Assembly: GCA_964571865.1 (NCBI GenBank)
Contig: CAZNDS010000002.1
Coordinates: forward strand, 1,973 to 36,158
DNA length: 34,186 nucleotides
From: an uncultured Ignavibacteriaceae bacterium
GTDB lineage: Bacteria > Bacteroidota > Ignavibacteria > Ch128b
Direction: 5' to 3'
The translations under genes were made by a program, and so were the position numbers. The stretch's first letter is position 1. Each line of letters begins with the position of its first letter. The notes under the pieces are model-generated. The model searched no databases. It saw nothing but the letters and a program-made list of their open reading frames with translations, and was not told the DNA's origin. Shown in pieces: positions 14,695 to 23,332 of the stretch.

Positions 14695-15126
14695 TTACAG
14701 GCTTTTTATTTTTTCTACTGCTTGTTCTTTTAAATCATCAAGTGTTTCGTTGCTCAGCATATCATAAGCTTGATTTCTTAATTTTCCCCAAGATTCATGT
14801 ACGGGACACGGAACATCGGATGAACAATGCGGAAATCCAAGTACGCATGTCTTAAACGCCTCCAATCCATCGATTGCTTCTACGATATCTATTAGCTTAA
14901 TTTTTTTTGCACTCTTTGCGAGACTGAAGCCGCCAAACTTTCCCTTTTTAGATGAAATTAACTTATGATCCGTCAGGGACTGTAAAATTTTTGAAATAAA
15001 TTCTTTTGGAATTTTCAATTCTTCAGCTATTCTATATGCGGGAACACTCTCTTCCTGGGAAAAACTTGATAGATATAATACAGCTTGTAAGCCATACTCA
15101 CAAGCTTTTGAAAAAATAACTGCCAT
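14695..15126 (-). CDS. Rrf2-family transcriptional regulator (NsrR/IscR-like, Cys-ligated cluster type)
   Basis: 143-aa ORF. N-terminal wHTH (ACEYGLQAVLYLS ... IAEELKIPKEFISKILQSL) and three clustered Cys (CVLGFPHCSSDVPCP). Confidence 0.8.
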   Translation of the reverse strand: MAVIFSKACEYGLQAVLYLSSFSQEESVPAYRIAEELKIPKEFISKILQSLTDHKLISSKKGKFGGFSLAKSAKKIKLIDIVEAIDGLEAFKTCVLGFPHCSSDVPCPVHESWGKLRNQAYDMLSNETLDDLKEQAVEKIKSL

Positions 15127-15148
15127 AATCAGATAGTTTAATCTGATT
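15127..15148. promoter_or_regulatory. perfect 8-bp inverted repeat abutting the Rrf2 start codon
   Basis: AATCAGAT (15127-15134), a 6-nt spacer, then ATCTGATT (15141-15148). It starts immediately next to the minus-strand ATG at 15126-15124. Confidence 0.4.
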
Positions 15149-15179
15149 CGAAATTAATCAAAACCCTATAATTATTCAA

Positions 15180-15980
15180 CTAAAATCTATACGAAAATGA
15201 CAACGCTAAACTTCTATTTGTCGGCATTGCATTAATATTTACATGTTCGGTATTTTGTTTGTGGATCAAGGGTATCAAATAGCCAATCGCACTTCCGACA
15301 ATTGCTCCGGTAATTATATCTGTAGGAAAATGTTTTCCCGCTTCATAACGAGAATATCCTGTTGCCGCAGCAATTAATAATGAACCTGCCCAGATATATG
15401 GCTTATATTTTGAGTCGGGAAAGTAATCGCTATAAACTGTCGATAAAAAAACAGCCGAAGAAAACGCAAATGTAGTATGACCGGAAAAGAAAGACTTATT
15501 CACGTCAGCCGATAATTTTTCCTCCAACGGTGCATTATTATTATATATGAAAGGTCGTTTACGTTGGACAATTCCTTTGGCAAGATAGGGAAGTGAAAAG
15601 GAATATATCATCGTTTCTAAATACATTGCTGAGATTATGAAGAGATCATTTCTAATTTTTTCCGAAGCAAATAATAATACCGGAGCTGCCGCTCCAATTG
15701 TAACTAAAACATCGCTCGCCGTTGAAAAATCTTCCGACCAATTAAATATTGCACCTTTATCAAGCCAGTTTATTCCATTTGAATTAAGCTTATTTATTTC
15801 TTCAATAGAGGGAGATTTGACTTTGCTGTCTAAAATCAACGCTGCCGCGGCTGATAAAATGCCTGTGCCTCCTATTAATGTTTCGTTTTTGTAATCAAGT
15901 TTGTACGGACTCTGTGAAAAGGAAATATTAACGGCAAGCAGCAAAAAAATCAAGAGACACGAAATATTTTTAACTCCCAT
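15180..15980 (-). CDS. PAP2-family (type 2 phosphatidic acid / lipid phosphate) phosphatase, membrane-bound
   Basis: 266-aa ORF carrying the three PAP2 motifs KGIVQRKRP (KX6RP), FFSGHT (PSGH-like) and SRYEAGKHFPTD (SRX5HX3D). It has a signal/TM N-terminus. Confidence 0.8.
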   Translation of the reverse strand: MGVKNISCLLIFLLLAVNISFSQSPYKLDYKNETLIGGTGILSAAAALILDSKVKSPSIEEINKLNSNGINWLDKGAIFNWSEDFSTASDVLVTIGAAAPVLLFASEKIRNDLFIISAMYLETMIYSFSLPYLAKGIVQRKRPFIYNNNAPLEEKLSADVNKSFFSGHTTFAFSSAVFLSTVYSDYFPDSKYKPYIWAGSLLIAAATGYSRYEAGKHFPTDIITGAIVGSAIGYLIPLIHKQNTEHVNINAMPTNRSLALSFSYRF

Positions 15981-15992
15981 AAGACGCCAGTT

Positions 15993-17075
15993 TTAATTAT
16001 GTCTGATTAAAATTATATCCCCGTCTTTTACAATATATTCTTTTCCTTCGAGACGCCAGGCTCCATGCTCTTTTGCTTTGGCGAATGAACCGTAATTAAT
16101 AAAATCATCGTAATGAACAACTTCTGCCCGAATAAATTTCTCATAAAAATCTGTATGAACTTCTTTTGCCGCTTCATGCACGTTTGTCCCTTTTTTGATT
16201 GTCCATGAATGACATTCCTCTTCACTAACTGTAAAGAACGAATGAACTCCAAGCAGATTATATGCTTCGCGGATCAATTTGCTTAGAGCCGATTCTTCTA
16301 TTCCGTATTCTTTCATAAAAACCGCCGCATCTATCTCAGACAATTCAGACATTTCCATTTCAATTTGTCCATAAAAAGCAATTGCTTTTGTGTTCTTGCC
16401 GACTTTGTGCTTAACAAGAATTTCAAAATACTTTTCAATATCTTTTCCCTGGGCTTCATCCAAATTAATTGCAATCAGCATTGGCTTATGAGTCAATAAC
16501 TGATAAGAGCGAATTATTTTTTCCTCTATGTCTGTAAGATTTGTATCTCGAAGTGGTTTTTCGCCCTGAAGAATTTCATAACATTTTTCAAGAACCGGTA
16601 GTTCTCTTTTCAGGTTTTCATCGCTTGTTTTGATGATATTTTTTTTAACTTTATCAATCCTGCTTTCGAGCAGAGCCATATCTGAAATTATGAACTCCGT
16701 TTCAAATATGTTTACATCCCGCATTGGATCGATTGAGCCGTATGGATGCGGAACCATTTCGTTTCTAAAAAGACGGACAACCTGCACTAGTGCATCATTA
16801 GTACGAACCTTTGCAAGAAAGTTGTTAGTGAATTGAGGTGAACTGGAATCTCCCTTGTGAAGCCCAATCACATCTACAAATTCAATGGCTGCATTAGTTT
16901 TCTTTTTTGGTTTGAAAATTTCCGCTAATTTATCTAACCGATCATCGGGAACTTTTACAACGGCTTGATGCGTCTCCATTTTTATTAATGCAGTCGAATC
17001 TAAATAAGTTTTTGTGATTGTTTGAAATAAAGTCGTTTTTCCTGATTGAGGAAGACCTACTATTCCTATTTGCAT
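15993..17075 (-). CDS. ychF: redox-regulated ATPase/GTPase YchF (Obg family)
   Basis: 360-aa ORF. P-loop IGIVGLPQSGKTTLF and a C-terminal TGS-like block SWTIKKGTNVHEAAKEVHTDFYEKFIRAEVV. Confidence 0.85.
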   Translation of the reverse strand: MQIGIVGLPQSGKTTLFQTITKTYLDSTALIKMETHQAVVKVPDDRLDKLAEIFKPKKKTNAAIEFVDVIGLHKGDSSSPQFTNNFLAKVRTNDALVQVVRLFRNEMVPHPYGSIDPMRDVNIFETEFIISDMALLESRIDKVKKNIIKTSDENLKRELPVLEKCYEILQGEKPLRDTNLTDIEEKIIRSYQLLTHKPMLIAINLDEAQGKDIEKYFEILVKHKVGKNTKAIAFYGQIEMEMSELSEIDAAVFMKEYGIEESALSKLIREAYNLLGVHSFFTVSEEECHSWTIKKGTNVHEAAKEVHTDFYEKFIRAEVVHYDDFINYGSFAKAKEHGAWRLEGKEYIVKDGDIILIRHN

Positions 17076-17210
17076 TACTTAGTCTATAATTTTTAGTATA
17101 AAGCTCGAATTACTTATTGAATAATATTTTACAGAAAGATAATTAATTTTTTTAATCATGTACAAAACCTTGAAATCTTTAATAAAGTTATACAGCGTTA
17201 ATTTTTGATT

Positions 17211-18320
17211 CTAAAACCATCTTTTCTTTTTGAAAAACAAAAACATCCCTCCGGAAATAATCAAAATAACAGTCAAGACGAATGGATATCCAAAATACCA
17301 TTTAAGTTCGGGCATGTTCCAGGGGCTTGTGGATGGGTCAAAGTTCATTCCATATAAACCGACTATAAAACTCAAGGGCATAAATATCGTTGCGATAATT
17401 GTAAGAACTTTTATTACCTCATTCATCCTGTTACTTTCGCTTGAGAGATAAACATCTATCATGCTTGAAGCAAGCTCGCGGTAGGTCTCAATTATATCCA
17501 TCAACTGAATTGTGTGATCATATGTATCTCTCAAGTAAATTTTGGTTGAAGATTTAATAAAACCCAGTTCGTCTCTGCTTAGCTGACTCAACACCTCACG
17601 TTCAGGCCATACTATTCGGCGCAAGACTAGAAGTTTTCTTTTGATATCGTGGATTTTATGAATTGTCTCTTTTGTTGGATTCTCTAACAATTCTTCCTCA
17701 ATCTTTTCAATTTCATCTCCAACGGAATTCAGAATAGGGAAAAGCTCGTCTATAAAAAGGTCTAAAATTGAGTAAAGCAGATAATCGCTTCCATATTTTC
17801 TGTGGCGGCCTGAAAGCGATTGAATTCTTTCTCTAACCTGTTTGAACGGATCTCCACCATTTTCAACTACAGTAATAATTAGATTATCTCTAAAATAGAT
17901 ATCAATCTCATTATCTGATAAATCTTCATCTTGTGTTACTCGATGAAAACAGATAAAGTTGTGCTCATCATAAATTTCGAGTTTGGTTGTTTGCCCTCTA
18001 TTGAAAACATCCTCCATCGCGAGGGGATGAAGATTAAAATGTTCTCCAAAATTTTTAAACCCCTCGGTATCACTAAAGTTTACAATGTTAATCCACAGCA
18101 GACCATCTGCGTTCTTATACATGAACAGATCTGAAAGATTGTTAAATTCTTTTTCTTCAAAATTTTCCTTTTTATATCTGACAAGAATAATTCTAGTTTC
18201 AACATGTTCTTTTTTCTCTTTCTGAAGTGTACCAGGAGAAGTACCGGGAATGTGATGCTTCTTCCGAGGAATATAAATCTTTACCTTTGGAATCTTAAAA
18301 TTAATAACTCGCTTTTTCAT
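17211..18320 (-). CDS. corA: CorA-family magnesium/cobalt transporter
   Basis: 369-aa ORF. A soluble N-terminal domain precedes two C-terminal TM helices carrying the YGMNF signature. Confidence 0.85.
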   Translation of the reverse strand: MKKRVINFKIPKVKIYIPRKKHHIPGTSPGTLQKEKKEHVETRIILVRYKKENFEEKEFNNLSDLFMYKNADGLLWINIVNFSDTEGFKNFGEHFNLHPLAMEDVFNRGQTTKLEIYDEHNFICFHRVTQDEDLSDNEIDIYFRDNLIITVVENGGDPFKQVRERIQSLSGRHRKYGSDYLLYSILDLFIDELFPILNSVGDEIEKIEEELLENPTKETIHKIHDIKRKLLVLRRIVWPEREVLSQLSRDELGFIKSSTKIYLRDTYDHTIQLMDIIETYRELASSMIDVYLSSESNRMNEVIKVLTIIATIFMPLSFIVGLYGMNFDPSTSPWNMPELKWYFGYPFVLTVILIISGGMFLFFKKKRWF

Positions 18321-18577
18321 TTTATAATTATACTTTCAATTGTAATTATTCTAAGAACAGTTTCTGCTTTATTTAACAATCCATCGTCAACACTTAAGAG
18401 CTTTTGAGGAATGGATTGCACGCCAACGATTGCGACCGGAGTAAGTCCAAATACAAAAATGTTTGTAACCATAGAAGAAAATGATGCTACATTAAATTCC
18501 GAAAGCAAACAGAATAAAATCACTGCAATGCCTAAAATCGAAATAAAATATCCCAAACATTTTTTTTCATTTACCAC
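18317..18577 (-). CDS. small hypothetical membrane protein, probably translationally coupled to corA
   Basis: 86-aa ORF with two hydrophobic spans. Its stop overlaps the corA start by 4 nt. I recognise no family. Confidence 0.4.
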   Translation of the reverse strand: MVNEKKCLGYFISILGIAVILFCLLSEFNVASFSSMVTNIFVFGLTPVAIVGVQSIPQKLLSVDDGLLNKAETVLRIITIESIIIK

Positions 18578-18620
18578 TGCCTTATATTTTTTTACTCATA
18601 TTAAAAATCTTTTTATAAAT

Positions 18621-19760
18621 CTAAAACAAATTATATTGTAAAGTCATTGAAAGCCCCATTACTCTCGGTCTATTGCCGATCCTTTGTATCGAGCCGTTAA
18701 TACCAAGGTATATTTCATTTTCTAAGTAAAAAAGAAATGCCGTATTAAAAATATTGCTTACTTCAGCTTCGCCGACACCCGGCTTAAAGACTCCCAATTT
18801 ATAACTCGTGACGAGATTTATTCTATTGCTCAGTTCGTATATAAAATCCAATCCAATGTTTGAGCTTATCTGTTTAGCAAACAAAGAATCGAGCGGCGAA
18901 TATATTTCACCGATTGTATTAATTTGGAATCTCCATCCGAGCGGATAAGAATAGCGTCCGGCTAAATTTAAATTTGGTGAGCCAACTTTTCCTTTGTCGT
19001 GAGTAGTAAGGTTAAATCTTGTCCCGAATGTTACGTCCCATCCGTAATAACGATTATTAACTCTTTCATTTATTCCGAAAAGAACTTGCCGCATTCTTAG
19101 GATGCCAATTGCGCCAAGATTATTTCCAATCAACATGTCTGATGCTTTTATTTCGTTTTCAATATCAAAGAACCAAACTGTTTCATAAGTATCTGAATAG
19201 ATATTTTCATATTCAGATTTTCGCTCGATGATATTTGCAATCTTCACCATCGTATTTTTTGGAAGATGTCCTTTAATAACCGATTCCTTGATCAAGTGTT
19301 CTTCGATTCTTACAGCTTTGGCGAGTGCAGTTGCATCGATATATCGGCCGTAACCGGCTCCAAAAGTCAAACTTGAAGAGATTTGTTTATAATAATCGAT
19401 ATGTCTTGCGTTTATCTCAGTGAATGCAAATAGATCTCGTTCTTCCCAAATATATTTTCTTGCACTTGCTTTAACTTTTACATCATGGGAATATTTGGAT
19501 AATGTTTTCCCTCCTGAAACGTCTGCATCAAGAAACCACGCAAACGGCAGTGAAGAATAAAATTTTCGAAATATTAAATCTGCGCTGGCACTGTTTGTTG
19601 ATACCGAATCGCCGATCTGCCCCCAATTCCAGAATGTACTTGTTCGCAAAATCTGAGCTCGGCTAACTGGAACTTGATAGTCTTTTACTTCAACTTTTTG
19701 CGCTTGTAATAAACTTACGAAGAGTAACAAAATTATTGTATTAATTATTTTCATTAACAT
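18621..19760 (-). CDS. hypothetical outer-membrane beta-barrel protein
   Basis: 379-aa ORF with signal peptide MLMKIINTIILLLFVSLLQAQ, an alternating beta-strand-like pattern, and a C-terminal ...TLQYNLF. Confidence 0.55.
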   Translation of the reverse strand: MLMKIINTIILLLFVSLLQAQKVEVKDYQVPVSRAQILRTSTFWNWGQIGDSVSTNSASADLIFRKFYSSLPFAWFLDADVSGGKTLSKYSHDVKVKASARKYIWEERDLFAFTEINARHIDYYKQISSSLTFGAGYGRYIDATALAKAVRIEEHLIKESVIKGHLPKNTMVKIANIIERKSEYENIYSDTYETVWFFDIENEIKASDMLIGNNLGAIGILRMRQVLFGINERVNNRYYGWDVTFGTRFNLTTHDKGKVGSPNLNLAGRYSYPLGWRFQINTIGEIYSPLDSLFAKQISSNIGLDFIYELSNRINLVTSYKLGVFKPGVGEAEVSNIFNTAFLFYLENEIYLGINGSIQRIGNRPRVMGLSMTLQYNLF

Positions 19761-19907
19761 CCAACCTTAATTCAAAAAGTAAAAATTTATTCCAAGTTAA
19801 TAAGGTCAGAGTTTTGCTCAAAATCATTACTCGCTTTAACCGATAATCTTATTTCTGTCCAGAATTTCCTAAACTGTTTTAGTGGATTCAAGATATATAT
19901 AAGTGTA

Positions 19908-20669
19908 TTATTTTGGCGTTGTTGCCTTCATAAAAACATCAAATAGTCGTGCAGGCAAAAACTTTACTAAAAAGGTCAGAGCTGCGAGAACAAATGGAAA
20001 CTGGATGATATCTTTTTCTTTTTCTATCCCGTTAATTATTTTTTGTGCCGCCGCCTGTACATCAATGACAAATTTCATGTTTAATTCATTAAGTTTTATC
20101 ATGTTTGTGTCAACGAAACCCGGGCGAACTGTGATCACTTTGATATTATGTCTTTTTAATTCAATACGTGCAGATTCGAGAAAGGTAGTAATCGCCGATT
20201 TGCTTGAGCAGTAAGCCGCCGAGCCAGGAAATCCACGGGCATCGGCTAATGAAGAGATCCCGACTATTATCCCAGCTTTTTGTTTATTAAATATGGGTAT
20301 AAGGTGTTCAAAAAAATTTATTACTCCATAGAAATTCGTATCGATCAGCTCTTTTGTTTTTTCAAAATCAAAATCTATTAGCTTCATTCTATAGCCGATG
20401 CCTGCATTTAGAATGGCAATGTCAATTCGCTTAAAAATCAACACGGCTTCGTCCATCGCAGCTTTAATTTCTTGAATATTCGTTACGTCACATTTTATGA
20501 AATAGACTTCTGTATGTGTTTCTAGTTCTTTTTTTTGATCGGCTAGTTTTTCAACATTTCTTGCAAGAAGAAACAGCTTTGCTTTCTTCTTTGCGAGCTC
20601 ACCCGCAATTGCCTTGCCAATTCCCTCTGAAGCTCCCGTAATTAATACAATTTTATTTTCAAATTTCAT
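19908..20669 (-). CDS. short-chain dehydrogenase/reductase (SDR) family oxidoreductase
   Basis: 253-aa ORF. Cofactor motif TGASEGIGKA, NAG (ILNAGIG), and catalytic S...YCSSK. Confidence 0.85.
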   Translation of the reverse strand: MKFENKIVLITGASEGIGKAIAGELAKKKAKLFLLARNVEKLADQKKELETHTEVYFIKCDVTNIQEIKAAMDEAVLIFKRIDIAILNAGIGYRMKLIDFDFEKTKELIDTNFYGVINFFEHLIPIFNKQKAGIIVGISSLADARGFPGSAAYCSSKSAITTFLESARIELKRHNIKVITVRPGFVDTNMIKLNELNMKFVIDVQAAAQKIINGIEKEKDIIQFPFVLAALTFLVKFLPARLFDVFMKATTPK

Positions 20670-20784
20670 TTTCTTTCAGAACTGTTTTAACTTGTTGTCA
20701 ATTGATAGTTTAATTTAAAATGAATTAAACACGAAATATTTAGACATAACATAGAACTATTTCTTCTTTTTACAAAAATCTTTT

Positions 20785-21822
20785 ATGAATAAGCTTCTTT
20801 TTAATTTATATCTATCTATTTGGCAACGGATACCCGCTGATCTTCAAAATAAAATCAGTGACATGCTTAGATATAATTTTAAAGTCGACACTCTCACACC
20901 AAGACTTCCTCGTGCGGCTGTAATTGATCCAATAAATATTTGCAATCTCGATTGCCCGCTTTGTGCTTCGAAAACTCAAAATTATGACAAAGGTAAAATG
21001 TCTTTTGAGACTTTTAAAATTGTTCTTGACAAAATCCCGTCATTGCGAGTTTTAGTTCTTTTTAATTGGGGCGAGCCGTTGTTAAATCCAGAAATATTCC
21101 AGATTATTAAAGAGTCTGCCTCGCGAAATATTTATACAATTACTCATAGCAACTTCAGTTTGAAACAGAAATATGAATTCTTTGAACGTTTAGTACGATC
21201 AGGACTTCATCAATTGGTAATCTCGATAGACGGCGCCTCGCAAGAGACTTATGAAAAATATCGGATCAAAGGAAGATTTGATTGGGTAATAGAGAATATT
21301 AAACATACTGTCACCGCTAAAAAATATCTGCGAAAGCGTGATCCAAAAATCATCTGGAAATTTCTAGTTAATAAATACAATGAGCATGAAATTGATAAAG
21401 CAAAGTCACTTGCTCGAGAGCTTGGTGTTGAGATAATTTTTGACAAGATGGGTCTTGCCGATGATTTACCCGATATTTCTTTTCCTGGAACATTGGAGGA
21501 AAGAAAAAATCTTTGGCTGCCAAAGAATCAGAATTTCATTTTGGATTATTACAAAAACGGAAACAAGCTTCCGATTAATGATAAGCCATGCTATCAGCTT
21601 TTTTCTTCTATCGTGGTTAATCCTGACGGAAAAGTTACGCCGTGCTGCTGGGTTACCAATAAAGAAAACGTTTGGGGCGATCTAAAATTTCAATCCATTC
21701 AGGAGATTTGGCATGGAGAGAATTATAAATATTCAAGAAGCTTATTTAATGCGTTGCAATATAGTGGTTCGGTTAAGAAAAATATTTGTACTAAATGTGA
21801 TATTTTCAAGCGGGCTAGATAA
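20785..21822 (+). CDS. radical SAM enzyme with a Cys-rich C-terminal (SPASM/twitch-like) extension
   Basis: 345-aa ORF. CNLDCPLC (CX3CX2C) with a downstream GEPLL. The C-terminal cysteines are C-x20-CC ... CTKC. Confidence 0.7.
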   Translation: MNKLLFNLYLSIWQRIPADLQNKISDMLRYNFKVDTLTPRLPRAAVIDPINICNLDCPLCASKTQNYDKGKMSFETFKIVLDKIPSLRVLVLFNWGEPLLNPEIFQIIKESASRNIYTITHSNFSLKQKYEFFERLVRSGLHQLVISIDGASQETYEKYRIKGRFDWVIENIKHTVTAKKYLRKRDPKIIWKFLVNKYNEHEIDKAKSLARELGVEIIFDKMGLADDLPDISFPGTLEERKNLWLPKNQNFILDYYKNGNKLPINDKPCYQLFSSIVVNPDGKVTPCCWVTNKENVWGDLKFQSIQEIWHGENYKYSRSLFNALQYSGSVKKNICTKCDIFKRAR

Positions 21823-21842
21823 TTGTGAATGATGATTGTGAA

Positions 21843-22436
21843 TCAAACTAAGTTAAAATCACATTCTTCAAAACATTTGATTAATAGGTCGTAAACCTCC
21901 AGATCTTTACTCCAAAATTTTAGATAATTGATATCGAGATTATTCGACTGAACTTTTATAACTCCCAACACATCACGCCATTGCTGTTCTAATGTTTTCC
22001 CTCTTGCTTTATACCAATCAAGCTTAGCTAAGATTATATCTTCGGGGGAACAAAGATAAATCTCTAGAGCATCAGGGCTGTCTTCTAATTTTTCAAGAAC
22101 TCTTCTCTCGAATGCTTCCTGATAAAAAGATTGTTTCTTAAAAATAAAGACATTGATTTTTAACATTGTCTGGAGATGGATAATGTTAAATGTAAACTCT
22201 GTTTCGATTGCATCTTTTATCGCCCCTTCATCAATATAGTATTCGTCTTTTAATTTATTTATTAAAGGAATGACATGCTCAAAACTTATTTTCGAAACAA
22301 TGTCAATGTCTAATGTTGCGCGCGCTGTGCCAAAAGCTGAACTTGCTATCGAGCCGCCAATGTAATACGGTATTCCTGTGTCATTAAATGCCTTTATCAC
22401 CGGTTCAATTGCGTCAATAATTTCATTTTGATTCAT
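21843..22436 (-). CDS. minimal nucleotidyltransferase-fold protein (possible TA/abortive-infection-type component)
   Basis: 197-aa ORF. The N-terminal IGGSIASSAFGTARATLDIDIV matches the G-S ... D-x-D signature of pol-beta-like NTases. Confidence 0.55.
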   Translation of the reverse strand: MNQNEIIDAIEPVIKAFNDTGIPYYIGGSIASSAFGTARATLDIDIVSKISFEHVIPLINKLKDEYYIDEGAIKDAIETEFTFNIIHLQTMLKINVFIFKKQSFYQEAFERRVLEKLEDSPDALEIYLCSPEDIILAKLDWYKARGKTLEQQWRDVLGVIKVQSNNLDINYLKFWSKDLEVYDLLIKCFEECDFNLV

Positions 22437-22689
22437 CTAAAATCTTTCTGATATGTTCGCTAAGTTTTTTAAAAAGATTTTCGCCGTAATTTAACTTCAC
22501 AAACAACAGGTTCCGTTCGTCATTTGTCATTGACGCATTTGCTTTCTTCAGTGCATTCTTTGATAAGTTTATGGCTAATGAACTGAGGGCTTGCATAAAC
22601 ACCAACCTTTGGGGAACCGATTTTTTACGTACTAGCTCAATTAAAAAATTTTCGGCTGATGAATTAGTGTCTCGAGATAATTGTTTCAT
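22423..22689 (-). CDS. small hypothetical protein, upstream partner of the nucleotidyltransferase
   Basis: 88-aa ORF whose 3' end overlaps the NTase start by 14 nt. It is preceded by a 12-bp perfect inverted repeat. I recognise no family. Confidence 0.4.
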   Translation of the reverse strand: MKQLSRDTNSSAENFLIELVRKKSVPQRLVFMQALSSLAINLSKNALKKANASMTNDERNLLFVKLNYGENLFKKLSEHIRKILDESK

Positions 22690-22691
22690 GG

Positions 22692-22731
22692 ATTCTAATT
22701 TTTATTAAAATATGTAAACAAAAATTAGAAT
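22692..22731. promoter_or_regulatory. 12-bp perfect inverted repeat upstream of the 88-aa/NTase pair (operator candidate)
   Basis: ATTCTAATTTTT (22692-22703) and AAAAATTAGAAT (22720-22731) with a 16-nt spacer. It begins 3 nt upstream of the minus-strand start codon at 22689. Confidence 0.45.
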
Positions 22732-22806
22732 TCTATTTTGCAAGAAAATATTTGGGCTTTAAATTCGCGAGTATTGCTAATGAACGGGGTCTTAAAGTTA
22801 AATCAC

Positions 22807-23280
22807 CTATTCAAAATCATATGCAAACGGTGGAACGATGTTAAGCATACGAGCATATACTGTAAGCTGTCCATAATGATGATAAAACTCGGTGAAGTAA
22901 AATTGCAGAAGCTGCCAAACTGAAAATTCTCCATAAAACAGTTTTACTTTTTTAGCAAGCTCATCATCGCTTAAAGAGATTGCCAGATTAAAAATTGAAT
23001 CAAAGGAATTGTCACAAAATTTTAGAAGTTCGTCAATATTTGATGCGCTCGAGGATTCAAATTGAATATTTTCCTCTTCGGAAAGACCGCCTGTTTGAAT
23101 CGCTTTAACAAATCCTTGACCGGCACCGTAAAAATGAGAAACAATTTCTTTGACACTCCTTACTTCATTCGCTGGTTTCCAATCAAGCTGCTCGTCTGAA
23201 ATTTTTGCTATAAGCTTCTTAACGACATTTTGAGATAATTTCAACTGCGCAAACAAATCTTTGACAGCAACCGAATCCAT
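22807..23280 (-). CDS. DinB-superfamily four-helix-bundle protein
   Basis: 157-aa ORF. Conserved His positions (EIVSHFYGA ... EFYHHYGQLTVYARM) are typical of DinB/YfiT-like metal-binding proteins. Confidence 0.7.
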   Translation of the reverse strand: MDSVAVKDLFAQLKLSQNVVKKLIAKISDEQLDWKPANEVRSVKEIVSHFYGAGQGFVKAIQTGGLSEEENIQFESSSASNIDELLKFCDNSFDSIFNLAISLSDDELAKKVKLFYGEFSVWQLLQFYFTEFYHHYGQLTVYARMLNIVPPFAYDFE

Positions 23281-23332
23281 GTTTTGCCTTCTTCAATAAT
23301 TTTAACTTTAATTTTTTCTGTTTGATTTGTTA

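Noticed and set aside
19791-19806. Possible extra copy of the 20-bp repeat (AAGTTAATAAGGTC, against AAGGTAATAAGGTC at 6696-6709)
   Set aside because: Only about 13 of 14 nt of the AT-rich half match and the GTTAC end is absent. A partial match of this kind is plausible by chance in AT-rich intergenic DNA.
21822-21843. Tandem ATTGTGAAT ... ATTGTGAAT between the convergent radical-SAM and NTase genes
   Set aside because: It is a 9-bp direct repeat in the 20-nt gap that includes both stop regions. It is too short to separate from chance and no structure or function is evident.
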